A stretch of 63,924 nt of DNA, the filler included, from Octopus bimaculoides (taxonomy: Eukaryota), in the NCBI RefSeq assembly GCF_001194135.2. It is 7 parts of 6 records of this genome, joined end to end, with 100 filler letters (N's around TTAATTAATTAA, not from the genome) between each part and the next. Parts side by side here need not be neighbours in the genome. Positions count along the whole stretch, not along the records: positions 1 to 18,283 come from NC_069000.1; positions 18,384 to 26,638 come from NC_068998.1; 5 more parts are not named here. The stretch is one strand, 5' to 3'. The notes under the pieces were generated by a model, which saw only the letters and a program-made list of their open reading frames with translations, did not search any database and had not been told where the DNA came from. Numbering within the stretch: position 1 is the stretch's first letter; each line of letters begins with the position of its first letter. This document shows positions 10,810 through 22,386 of the stretch, one piece after another. A program made the position numbers and the translations under genes.

Positions 10810-11070
10810 TGTCTAGAATTTAGGCGATCATGTCCAGCCACAATTCTCTGTTCTTTGTTTTCTGTAACAGTTCCGCTTTCTGATGTTTAATGCCGCTTTC
10901 TTCCAACCAGTTCGTCAAGCCCTTCTTCCGCTACTTCTTTTCCTTTCTGTCTTTCCGGTTACCGCTAAATACTCCAGGCCCTCTTTCTTCAGAACACAAC
11001 CAAGAGATTTCAGTTCCCTGTTTACCGCAGCCTGGACCATTCACTTCTTCCTTGGATACATACAGTGTCT
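10810..11070 (-). pseudogene. RTE-clade LINE 3' end
   Basis: The minus strand gives KEGLEYLAVTGKTERKRSSGR and ELLQKTKNRELWLDMIA, the typical RTE C-terminus. Confidence 0.65.
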
Positions 11071-11974
11071 GTCCAAGTAAATATATAATGGGAACACGAG
11101 AGATCGTATGATCAGAAACGTTGGCTTGCGGTGCTTCGTCTCTTACTTTAAAGACTGCAAAGAAATTCTGGCTGATGGACGTTCCAGTATTTTATTAAAG
11201 AGGTTAAGCTTTGCCTCTATCAAAGATAAATGTTATGCTATTTATTATATACTAAAGGCAAAACTATTTAGTATATATTAAACGCAGAATGTGTGTTCAT
11301 AAGATTCATTTGATAGGTGGAGCAGATCGAGTGATTGTGATAGGTAATTGAATAAGATTGTAAAGCAGGAGGGAAATGGGCCAAATTAGAATAGGATTTA
11401 AAGAAAATAAATATAACAAAAGAATTGAATAGATAAACACGATTGAAGGCTTGGAAAATATCAAGGCATTCAAGTGAAATAGAGTGTGACAGAGGTAAGA
11501 AGTTTCAAATAATGGGAAGAAGGAAAGAAAAGGAGTCTTAATTGAAGGTTAATATTAAGACAAATACGAAAAAGAAATTTAATGCACAATCCACGCATTC
11601 ATACACATTAACACACAATAATTAACACACCTGGTACAGATATGAGAATTTTCGAGAGTAAAGCTAAGGAAACAAATGGATCAACCCGACGCAATTATCG
11701 TATCACCTTATTCAAAATAGATATACTAGGGTTTTTCAATGGTTATCAAATTTGACGTATGTATATATAGAGGTATGTATGTATGTATGTATGTATGTAT
11801 GTAGGTAGGTAGGTAGGTGTGTCGTGTGTGTGTGTGTGTGTGTAATCCATAACTGCGAGTCCCACAAAATATTTTGTCGGACTCGCAGTCGTGAGTTATA
11901 TATCTTGACTTTGAAACTTCTTGTGTTGAGTTTATTATTTTTCTAAGCGGTCTCACAAACCTGTCACCACTGTG

Positions 11975-12050
<76 letters not shown>

Positions 12051-12313
12051 NNNNNNNNNNNNNNNNNNNNNNNNNNNNNNNNNNNNNNNNNNNNNNNNNN
12101 NNNNNNNNNNNNNNNNNNNNNNNNNNNNNNNNNNNNNNNNNNNNNNNNNNNNNNNNNNNNNNNNNNNNNNNNNNNNNNNNNNNNNNNNNNNNNNNNNNNN
12201 NNNNNNNNNNNNNNNNNNNNNNNNNNNNNNNNNNNNNNNNNNNNNNNNNNNNNNNNNNNNNNNNNNNNNNNNNNNNNNNNNNNNNNNGTTTAACGCTTGG
12301 GAAGTAAGACAGT

Positions 12314-12348
12314 CTTTTACGTTTCGAGCCTACGCTCTTCGACAGAAA
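12314..12348 (-). ncRNA. Minimal hammerhead-like motif, variant core
   Basis: The minus strand reads TTT CTGTCGA A GAGC GTAG GCTC GAAA CG TA AAA. Stem II is intact, stem III is palindromic ACGT, and the core has T where A6 is canonical. Confidence 0.45.
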
Positions 12349-12519
12349 TAAACAGAGAGAAAATAGAAAGAGGTTTAGTGGTTAGCGATCTATCATGGCG
12401 AATGCCGGACAGAAGGGTCACACAGGAGAGCTAGGAAGAAGGGGAGATGATAAAGTAGTGGTGATTCCATATATATATATATGTATGTATGTATAGTAAG
12501 AAGGGGGGAGGAGAATTTC

Positions 12520-12718
12520 GTGGTACTCCGTCGCTTACGACGTCGAGGGTTCCATTTGATCCGATCAACGGAACAGGTTGCTTGTTAAATTAACGTGACA
12601 GTGGGTGAGCACTCCACAAACACGCGCACCCTTAACGTAGTTCTCAGGGAGATTCAGCGTGACGCAGAATGTGACAAGACCGTCCCTTTGAATTATGAGT
12701 ACAACTCATTTTTGCCAG
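12520..12718 (-). mobile_element. SINE family C, 3' part
   Basis: GTACTCCGTCGCTTACGACGTCGAGGGTTCC...GATCCGATCAACGGAACAG is the reverse complement of the family C tail. Confidence 0.8.
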
Positions 12719-12731
12719 TTCATTTGCCGTG

Positions 12732-13110
12732 TATATTAGGTTGAAGAAAAAGTTCCGTCGCAATTTTGACACGATCACTTTTAGGATACTTTTCAAGAGT
12801 TACGGTAACATGAGCTTCAATTTTTATATTCTAACTTTTTCCTTTCCTTCCGTATTATTTTATCCCATAGAGGTCAAATTTTGTTTTGATTTTAACCCTT
12901 TAAAATAAGTTTAGATCAAACCCATATCGGACACTGCATGCTGTATGAGTTCAGAAGGAAGCGGCAAGAAATTCTGTTTATGGAAATGTTGCTTTAAGTG
13001 TCCAGACATACCAACAATGGTTTTGCCCGTTCTGATCAGGAAATGTTTCTCCCGCCGACTTCCCTCGGCTTGGATGACCAAGTTCTGTCGATATCAAGCA
13101 TCCGAAGCCG
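12732..13110 (+). mobile_element. Mariner 5' fragment
   Basis: TIR-like TATTAGGTTGAAGAAAAAGTTCCGTCGC, then HIGHCMLYEFRR...VYGNVALSVQTYQQWF (HTH region, frameshifted). Confidence 0.7.
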
Positions 13111-13654
13111 TAGTTTATCATTTAAATATATATGAGCATGTCTAGATATGTAACTATATGCATGAGAATACATACATAAAACACAATATACACATCTGCA
13201 CACATACATACATACATACATACAAAAATACGCTGTTGTTGATGTTGAAAATCCAGTGAAGGAATCCTGGATCTAGGTTAGAAAGCGGTTCTTTCTCTAT
13301 TGGCAAGAAATCTTGAAATAAACTGAATAATGATATACATGCATACATGCACATTCGTGCACACACTGTAGTTGCAAATTTCTGGATTATTGAATTAATT
13401 TAAATATTTTGTATTTTTATTAACTATTCATTCTTTCTTAATATGTGTCATTGAAAACCAATGACAAAATACTTTTCCCACGCAAGAATTTCAATGCATG
13501 TACTAACCAGATAGTCGACTCGACAAGGACGTCTCCTCAAATATGTGAAGACAATGACCCATATACATACGATAGATGTTCCCAGTGTTCCAGGACAGGT
13601 CTTTTAAAAAGATAACAAGCTTTGATATTTAAGAGGCAGAAGAAAACAACAGGA

Positions 13655-13825
13655 CTTGGTGGTCTGACTGTCTGCCAAGCAAATAGGAAGCAGTAATTGA
13701 AGTAGATGGTGAATATGCTCCGGAATAATCATTTAAAGATGTTTTTGTTACATGTTGCTATTGTTTTTGTTGAATAAAAATTTGCTGAAAAAAAGCCGCA
13801 ATAATTATACACCAATCCAATATAA
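13655..13825 (+). mobile_element. Mariner 3' fragment
   Basis: LPSK*EAVIEVDGEYAPE* C-terminus followed by the TIR-like GCCGCAATAATTATACACCAATCCAATA-TA. Confidence 0.6.
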
Positions 13826-14092
13826 TTTAATTCCTAGACCAGTTGGTATGATGTGTCCTTGAGCAAGGTACTCCATTTCACGTCGCTGCAGTCCATTCAA
13901 ATAAAAACGGGGATCAGAATATTGTTCGTGCAGCTCCCATTCCCTCTCGCATCCTCTTCTCGCCCATTCTCGCCGCTTCTTCTCCATTTCACCCCGGCCG
14001 ACTTCAGTCGTCACGTACTTGAATCGGTTCTGGTTGGGATGGGCAGAAGTAGAGAATGTTGGTGTCGGTTCATATGCACCTAATCAGGGAGA

Positions 14093-14171
<79 letters not shown>

Positions 14172-14356
14172 GGAGAGAGAGAGAGAGACAGAGAGAGACA
14201 GACAGACAGAGAAGTGAGGTAGATAGAAAGTCGCGTGACAGAGGATGGGGGTGGGGTTGTAATGGAATGCTCGGTGAAATGAGATAAGGTGTGTCGATGT
14301 ATGCATGAGAGAAATTATTATGGCATGAGAGAAGTAAGGGGAATTTCGTTTTTCTA

Positions 14357-14650
14357 CAGGGGATAGCCATCATCATCATCGTCATCATCGTCATCATCAC
14401 CACCACCACCACCACCACCACCATCACTACCATCCTCCACCTCCTCCTCATCATCATGATCATCATCAAATTCATCAACAAAGACAAATTCCATCAATCC
14501 GAACCATATTGGCTTGGATCAGAGACAATTTGTCGATACGGATTTTCTACAGCCGGATGCCCTTCCTGTCACCAAACCTCAACAGTTTCCAAGTAAGTTA
14601 ATATTTTCCCATGGCCAGAGGCGTTTTTCATTGATGATTGGAAACAAACA
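14357..14650 (-). mobile_element. RTE-related short repeat with (GAT/GGT)n tail
   Basis: TTTCTACAGCCGGATGCCCTTCCTGTCACCAA is the same motif as in 151-575, adjacent to a (CAT)/(CAC) run. Confidence 0.5.
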
Positions 14651-15172
14651 ACATTTCTTGTGTTTGATTTACAATATTTTCAAAATACAATTGGTTCATC
14701 AATCCCCAAATTCCATCAGTGAATCGGAAAGGAAAGAAAAAAACCCCCAAAACTGGCAATCAATTAGAATATTAAGGGTGACATATCTTTCACTGGGGTT
14801 ACAAAAATTTAGAAAATTATTCTTCAAACTTTAGGATCAAAATTTTAAAGCTTACTACACCAAATATGCCAGTGCCAACTTTGCTGTTGGGGTTTCATGC
14901 AGATGGCGTTTCGGGGTACTTTACTGCTGTCATTCATTGTTGGGTGTGTGGGGTGTTGTGTGTGTATATATATATATGTGTCTGCATCAGAGGACAGCCC
15001 AATGTATTGCACCAGGCTGTGATATACATATCATCGTCATTATCATCATTGGTGCCCCAGCATGGCCACAGCCCTTTGGTTGATGTGCATAAAAGAGTGA
15101 TTATGATTGCCATCGACGGTATCATGAGGAGGGAGGGAGAGAGAGAAGCAGTAGTATGTCGTGTATGGCGTG

Positions 15173-15229
<57 letters not shown>

Positions 15230-15249
15230 GGCTGTGTATGGGTATACAT

Positions 15250-15304
<55 letters not shown>

Positions 15305-16114
15305 CGACGACGACGACGACGATGATGTTGATGCAATTCTCTTGACAAAGAACTTCTAGAGTAACCAAGGAACCGCACACATCCCGCTCCACTCTGCTCA
15401 TCCGGAACACCACGGCAAGTGCTTCTCTCTCTCTCTCTCTTAAATTGGGTCCACCATTCATTTGTTCCTAAACACAAGGATCACCTATATATATATATTT
15501 AACGTTTGTTTTTTTTCTTTAATTCGTAGACAATAAACAATGACAACATCAACAACAACAACAACAATAACAACATTATTAATGTTGAGTCACTCAGCAA
15601 AAGGAGCAAGTTCAGCTGATAAGATATGTTAACTGCTAACGTAAGCTTTTATCTTGAATACAAAATTAAAACTTCATTGTTAATTAGCGAAATATAAGAA
15701 CCGACCAAGAGATTACAAATCGTTATTGAGTATTGTTCTTTATTTATTTTTATTTTTTTTATGCGTACTTGTTCACCCTGGTAGAAAGGATCTCCGAAAC
15801 TGAAAGCAATATCTATTTAATATGTTCTTCCTATGGGCCCCTTTCNNNNNNNNNNNNNNNNNNNNNNNNNNNNNNNNNNNNNNNNNNNNNNNNNNNNNNN
15901 NNNNNNNNNNNNNNNNNNNNNNNNNNNNNNNNNNNNNNNNNNNNNNNNNNNNNNNNNNNNNNNNNNNNNNNNNNNNNNNNNNNNNNNNNNNNNNNNNNNN
16001 NNNNNNNNNNNNNNNNNNNNNNNNNNNNNNNNNNNNNNNNNNNNNNNNNNNNNNNNNNNNNNNNNNNNNNNNNNNNNNNNNNNNNNNNNNNNNNNNNNNN
16101 NNNNNNNNNNNNNN

Positions 16115-16345
16115 ATTTCACGTTGCTCCAGTTCACCCATCCGCAGAAATGAGTTGCAATGTCACAGGTGCCAAGCTGTATCAGCCCCTTTGCCTTTCTC
16201 TTGGATAACATCAATGGCGTGGAGAGGGGAGGATGATTTGCATGGGCGACTGCTGGTCTTCCATAAATAACCTTGCCCTGACTTTGCCTCAGAAGGGAAC
16301 TTTCTAGGTGCAATCCCATGGTCATTCGTGGCCGAAGGGGTCTTT
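16115..16345 (+). mobile_element. SINE-like interspersed repeat (body and 3' end)
   Basis: GTTGCTCCAGTTCACCCATCCGCAGAAATGAGTTG...GCAATCCCATGGTCATTCGTGGCCGAAGGGG. The head is lost in the gap. It abuts a family C SINE tail-to-tail. Confidence 0.45.
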
Positions 16346-16672
16346 GTCCGATCAACGGAACAGCCTGCTCGTGAAATTAAAGTGCAAGTGGCTGAGCACT
16401 CCACAGTCACACGTGTACCCTTAACGCAGTTCTCCGGGATATTCAGCGTGACACAGTGTGACAAGGCTGACCTTTTGAATTACAGGTACAACAGAAACAG
16501 GAAGAAAGAGTGAGAGAAAGCTGTGGTGGAAGAGTACAGCAGGGTTCGCCACCATCCCCTGCCGGAGCCTCGTGGAGCTTTTGGTGTTTTCGCTCAATAA
16601 ACACTCACAACGCTCGGTCTGGGAATCGAAACCGCGAGTCCGCTGCCCTAACCACTGGGCCATTGCGCCTCC
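16346..16672 (-). mobile_element. SINE family C, near full length
   Basis: The minus-strand head GGAGGCGCAATGGCCCAGTGGTTAGGGCAGCGGACTCGCGGTTTCGATTCCCAGACC contains A and B boxes. Confidence 0.88.
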
Positions 16673-17049
16673 ACAGATATGTTAAATATTGATGAAGGAA
16701 ATAACAAAATAAAGGTGACGTGTTGTTAGTGTTGTTGTTTGTGTTGTTATTATTGTTCTTTGTTTTGAAAGTAAGTTACCACCAGCAAAACATGCAGCAT
16801 GCATGTCTACATGACTAGCCATGCTTAATATGCTTGTCTAAATGAGTAAGTACAAATATAATAAACTCGGGAAATGACTAACAGTTTTTTATTATGCATA
16901 GAGGGTGCGTGTGCAAACACAGGTACACAGTAAGTTTTACATTAATGTCAAAAGGCCTAATTTATTAAAATTAAATTAGCTAACCTAATATAATCGTAAT
17001 AATACCTTTATCATAACTTTTGGTGTCGTTTGATAAAAATAAATGAGTA

Positions 17050-17258
17050 AGGTGACGAGCGGCCAGAAAAGTTAGCACGAAATAAATGCTTATTTCGTCT
17101 GTCTTTACGTTCTGAGTTCAAATTCCGCTGAGGTCGACTTTGCCTTACATCTTTTCAGGGTCGATAAATTAAGTACCAGTTGCGTACTGGGTCGATGTAA
17201 TCGACTGGCCCTCTCCCCCAAAAGTTTTGGGCCTTGTGCCTAGAATACAAAAGAATTA
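17050..17258 (+). mobile_element. SINE family B
   Basis: Close match to 4128-4323 through the core and tail. Confidence 0.85.
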
Positions 17259-17699
17259 AAATAAATGAGTATTGCACCTGTTTTATTTTTCTCAGCTGTA
17301 TACCTACTTTTGCATCCCCACCCGTATATGTCTTTTTTTTTTTGTATGTGTGTGTTTGTAACGATATGCAGTTGATTAGTAATACATTATTTTTGCATGT
17401 AATGAATGATTAAGATGATAACACCCGGTGTCAATGAGTAACCCGGTGTCAATTAAGGATATAGATAACATGGACATATATATATGTGTGTATAAAGAAA
17501 AAAAGGAAAAATGAACAGGTATACAATTAGGATCAGCTTAGAGCATGGAATTTATAATTTAAGCACAACTGTACAGAGTTATGAGGATAGAAGAGTATAT
17601 CGTAGATAGTACCTTACAGCTGTTTCCAGCATAGGTGCACGTATGATGCATATAGTTCATATGGTGCATTTCTCATCAGACAAAAATAAGTTTTCCATG

Positions 17700-18180
17700 T
17701 CTAGTCTTAAGCGGTCTTCCCTTTGACACGTCCTATGCATGTGAACTTTCTTCTACACTCTCTGACCTGTGCTATTGTCATCATTGAGGGGTATAATGGT
17801 ATAACTTCCTCTTCTTTATACCACCCACCATCATCCTTCTTCCTCTCCCTCTCTGTCTCCGCCCCAGTATTCTCCCCTCTTTCACCTGTGCACAAAAGCC
17901 CCTCTGATCTCATATGTTTTATCCATCTTGCATTCTCTCTCCAGATTGGATTCCTCAAGCATCGCTTCTCTCCAACTCTCCGAAGCACATCTTCTTTGAT
18001 TCCATGATCCGTCCAGCATTTCTTCTTCATTTGTCCCCAGAACTACATTTCAATACTCTCCAGTATCCGAGAATCTGCTTTCTTGGTGGTCCATGTTTCT
18101 CAGTCATACAGGAGCACACTCCATACTAAGGTTTTCGCCAGATCCTTTTTCAGCTCACAATTCTGGAAAAAAAAACTTCA
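17700..18180 (-). pseudogene. RTE-clade LINE 3' end
   Basis: WTDHGIKEDVLRRVGEKRCLRNPIWRENARWIKHMRSEGLL...AQVRECRR matches the RTE C-terminal pattern WT..TNEEVL...RWIGH. Confidence 0.75.
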
Positions 18181-18464
18181 CGCTTTTGGCGAGCAGGATT
18201 TTATGTTTGCTGGATTCATTTTTAGCAATTCCTTCTCTGATATCCCTCTCACTTCTCCCAAGATATATATATATATATATATANNNNNNNNNNNNNNNNN
18301 NNNNNNNNNNNNNNNNNNNNNNNNNNNTTAATTAATTAANNNNNNNNNNNNNNNNNNNNNNNNNNNNNNNNNNNNNNNNNNNNCCCACAAGACAACAACA
18401 ATGAAACAATGAACTCAGACGAACCACATGACACACGGAACGTCAGACGAATTACATATCTAAC

Positions 18465-19150
18465 AGTCCATATAACACTTAGCGTTTTGATAAAAGATCC
18501 ATTTTTCATCACCGGTCACTCGTCTGTCCAAACAGGGCGAGATGAGTTCAGGAAAACGAAGAGAAGAGCAGATGTCCACTCGCGATTTGCGGTTGGCTTC
18601 AAACAAATCATGAGGCACCCATTTCCCGAGTTTTGGGACCTTTTCAAGCTGTTGAAGATGTTAATGACCAGTTGTATGGCTTGAACGAAGCTTGCTTGCC
18701 AATTCTTCAACTGAAACTGCATGAACTCTTTCAAGTTCTGCCAAAAGGATCTTGTCATCAAACTCAATTGGACGTCCTGTTCGGGTCCCATCTTCAAGGC
18801 TGAAATCTCCACTTCTGAATTTTACAAACAATCTTCTGCAAGTTCTTTCATTCAGGCACTCTTCCCCATAAACTGATTGAATATTTCGAGTTGCTTCAAC
18901 TGCAAAGTTATCCTTTTTAAATTCATAAAGCATTATGTGCCTCAAATGCTCCTCAGATACTTCCGTGTTTGAAGAGCTATAATTAGTGAAATTTCAATTA
19001 GATTATCCTGCAAAATGAAATTTAATTAGTTTAAATACGTCCAAATACCTATAAATATTACTTGATGCCATTAGACATTCTAAAATACCGTAAAGCGTTT
19101 ACAAATTGAAAATATAGAAGTCCGGACATTACTTATGGGATGACCTAATA
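18465..19150 (-). mobile_element. Mariner 5' half with TIR
   Basis: TIR TATTAGGTCATCCCATAAGTAATGTCCGGA at the 19150 end; RHIMLYEFKK...FRSGDFSLEDGTRTGRP, GKWVPHDL and RVTGDEKWIFY motifs. Confidence 0.9.
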
Positions 19151-19403
19151 AATAAACTAGATAGACATCCTATCATTAATTTCTTTCCAGGTATTTACGA
19201 GAAATACAAAGTTGTTGAGCCACAAGTCGCCACTGATCAAGCAAACACTATGATCAACAGCGTTCCAGTCATGACGATCTCATCTTTTTCACAGACACAG
19301 TGAGTTTTTTTCTTTTTAAGATAGAAATTTGAAAAAAGTATTTTATTAAAAATAGAACTCAATGGAAGATTTAGCTTATTTTGCTATCTTATCAGTAGTA
19401 AAC

Positions 19404-19547
19404 TTAACTCTTTGAGCCCCGACATCCTGAACCTTATTTTACCATATACCTGGCACTCCACCGGTGCTACGGTATAGAGCGATGCTACGGTTTAGAGAAA
19501 AATAAGTCATCCACCAGTAAACTGGTGTTACGGGCTCAAAGGGTTAA
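19404..19547. mobile_element. piggyBac-type MITE (136 bp plus TTAA TSDs)
   Basis: TTAA|CTCTTTGAGCCC...GGGCTCAAAGGG|TTAA. TIR match 11/12. Internal TGCTACGGT(A/T)TAGAG duplication. Confidence 0.75.
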
Positions 19548-19995
19548 GAATGATTTTTTGCTGTTTATATTCATAAAATCAATCGTTTATCAAGTTTTAT
19601 CAACGATTAAAGTAAGATAGATGTTCGGAATACCCTTCATAATTTTAGCATTACTCATTTCCAACTTCGTTGTAAAGTAAACTACCTCTCATTGATTGCG
19701 AAAGCATGTCGAGATTAAGCCCCACCACCACTAACTAGTCAGGAGTTATATGCGGTTCGTGATCTCCGGAATGCATGTCTGATAAAAGCTTACCTTGAAT
19801 TATTCTTAATAGTGTGGCACGCCTTAGATATGAATCATGTAACCTGTTTCTCGGAAAACAGTCGATCATACCTGTTTTTAAAAGTAGAAACGTTCGTATA
19901 TGCTACTTTATTGTTAATAGAAATAAGTAGTTTAATCATAGTTTTCATTGCTTAAAGTAAATTATCATTGATAATAAGCAGATTTTATGAATACA

Positions 19996-20325
19996 GGCGC
20001 AGACATGTCTGTGTGGTGAAGAAGTTTGCTTTGCAACCGCATGGTCCTACTGCGTGACATTTTGGACCATTTTGGGCAATGCCTTGTGAGTGAATTTGGC
20101 CGACAGAAACTGTATGGAAGCCTGTCGTATATATATATCTTGTTTCAGTCATTAGACTGTGGCCATGTTGGTGCACGCTTTGAAGTGTTTTGGTCGAATG
20201 AATCAATCCTAGTACGAAATTTTTTAAAGGTTGGTACTTATTCTATGGATCCCTTTTGCCTAACCATTAGGTTACGGGGACGTAAACACACCAACACCGG
20301 TTGGCAAGTAGTGGTGGGGACAAAC
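19996..20325. mobile_element. SINE family A: 5' half on plus (19996-20138) joined to 3' half on minus (20139-20325)
   Basis: The head AGGCGCAGACATGTCTGTGTGGTGAAG runs to GAAGCCTGTCGTATATATATAT. CTTGTTTCAGTCATTAGACTGTGGCCATG (reverse-complement tail) follows immediately. Confidence 0.75.
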
Positions 20326-20589
20326 ATATATAATCTCGCGCACGCACTCACGCACACAAGCACGCACATACATACCCACCCGTACGCACGCACAGACACG
20401 CGCGCACACACACGCACACACACACACACACACACAAACACACACAATCAGTCAGTTGTCCATAAATACGAAAAAAGCACACTAAATAAAATGTGAAGCC
20501 CTTTCTGGGAATGACGGATTTGTCTTCCTTTGAACGTTCCAGTTGTGTTCGAGAAGGATTAGTTTACGTTTGTTTTCCGCTCGCTAGTC

Positions 20590-21365
20590 ATCAAGCGAAG
20601 AAGCCCATGTTTTCAACATGAATTTTTTATCATAAGGCACCGACTAAAAATTTCACTTTTTGAATTTAAGAAGGCACTCGGATCAAACAAAGTTTTAAAG
20701 ATCCTTGCCCTCTCGGCCAAGCAAAGTTTGCATCGTCTGCTTCCGTTGGGGTGCGGCCGAAGCTGGTCCAGGAGCCTCCATGTAACCCTGTATGGCGTTC
20801 CCTCTTCTTTTAAAGACCAATGCCATGACGATGCTCCTCTCTGGGATCCTAAAAGAGGGCCCGTGGTTATTTAGTCGTAGCTTAAATGTGAACTCTGTTG
20901 TTCCAGCTTATTTCTGTGTATATGTCCCTACGTTGTTAGTGCTGCTGTTGTGTTGCTACCAGTGTCGTTGTTACTGCTACTGCCGGACACCACTTTTACT
21001 TCATAGATCATAGCCTCGGAGCTGCATCGACAGACTATTGCCTCTGTGTGGAGTTTAGGGGCATTCACTATAATTTTTTTTTACACTAGGATTGCATGAA
21101 AACCAAAGGACCTTACTGTAGCGCTTTTTTGTGCGTGTTAGGTTCCAGCATATAGGAGATATAGTCCTAATGCCCGCTGGCTGCCAAAGCCTCGTTGTAA
21201 TAAGGGTCTGCAGCGTCAAAAATGTCTTTATTCTTACCGATCCCTTCACTAGGTTTTAAAGCACAAAAGGTGGGTGACAGGAAGCTTTGTTAATATACGA
21301 CAGCCTTTCGTTTGGTTTGAGGTGGGACCTGAATGACCAGGTATCCAACAAAAAGTTAACTACAA
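20590..21365 (-). pseudogene. Penelope-like element (Neptune-type) RT thumb, linker and GIY-YIG endonuclease relic
   Basis: Minus strand: VNFL..KPNERLSYINKASCHPP, DIFDAADPYYNEALAASG, MIYEVKV, K*AGTTEFTFKLRLNNH, WSLKEEG...CKLCLAER...LNSKSEIFSRC. Confidence 0.85.
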
Positions 21366-21454
21366 GGAAGGTCCAAGGTCCCACGCAGTGTGACTAAACC
21401 CAATATGTATATTATATGTGTGTGTGTGTGTATGTGTGCGTGCGTGCGCATGCA

Positions 21455-21625
21455 TCTTTGTGCTTTCCCCCGCCACGCTTGACAAACCGGTGTTAGTCTG
21501 TTTATGTCCTCGTTACCTTGAAGTTCGACAAAAAAGAGGCTGATTGAATAAGTGCCAGACTTAAAAGCAAATATCATCAGGTTGGTGCCCCAGTATGGCT
21601 GCAGTTCGATGAATGAAACATGTAT
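21455..21625 (+). mobile_element. SINE family A, diverged 3' half
   Basis: CCCGCCACGCTTGACAAACCGGTG...GAATAAGTGCCAG...GTGCCCCAGTATGGCTGCAG, following a (TG)n run. Confidence 0.7.
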
Positions 21626-21902
21626 ATGATAAATGACACACGTTCTTAAAATGAATAAATTGATTTTCATGAATCTACACATTCATAAGAATCAATTTAT
21701 TGATTTTTATAAATGCATAAAGTTGTAAAACTCTATGGTTACCAAACAGTTTTAGTGAGTGTATAGTTAATGCACTCACGCGCGCGTGTGTGTGGGCAAG
21801 AATGCACTGCTAATCTGCGATTTACAGCACCTTCAAAAGTTAAAGAGTCAAAAGTTTTTTGAGCCCTGTTCTACCATATAATAAAGGATGTGATGCAAAC
21901 TG

Positions 21903-21904
<2 letters not shown>

Positions 21905-21941
<37 letters not shown>

Positions 21942-22386
21942 CACAAGTTTTGTTGGAGCTCCTGGAGTCTTGTATGCGTAGTAGGCTTACTTACTACCTG
22001 CAGCCTGCAATACCATGCTATTCGTTCTTTTCAGCTATCTAATACTTTCCTGAATATTCCGGCCGTGCCAAGGAGGCAAACCTTTTGTAATAGTTCTACT
22101 GGGCACTCTATTCCGATTTCCTTTATATTCATTCTGATGCATTCTAATACTGTTCCCAATGACCCAACAATAATTGGTACTGTCTTCACCTTCGTTTTCC
22201 ATAGCCAAGCTATTTCGTACTTAAGAGGGTTGTATCTATTTACCTTTTCACCTTCCTTCTTGACTATTCATGGGTCAAAGGGGCATGGAGTTTCAACTAT
22301 ATAGCATATGTTGTACACCTTGTCCACCACCACCAGGTCTGGTCTGTTACACTCTATAACACCTGATCTATTTGGATTGGGAAATC
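21905..22386 (-). pseudogene. R4/Dong-like (RLE) non-LTR element, 3' end with (TAA)n tail
   Basis: DFPIQ...RPDLVVVDK...CPFD...KEGEKVNRYNPLKYEIA...LLQKVCLLGTAGIFRKVLDS*, then 3' UTR and (AAT)n. Confidence 0.85.

Noticed and set aside
14835-14930. Possible plus-strand exon DQNFKAYYTKYASANFAVG after TTTAG
   Set aside because: No convincing donor, no recognisable family, and it runs into microsatellite.
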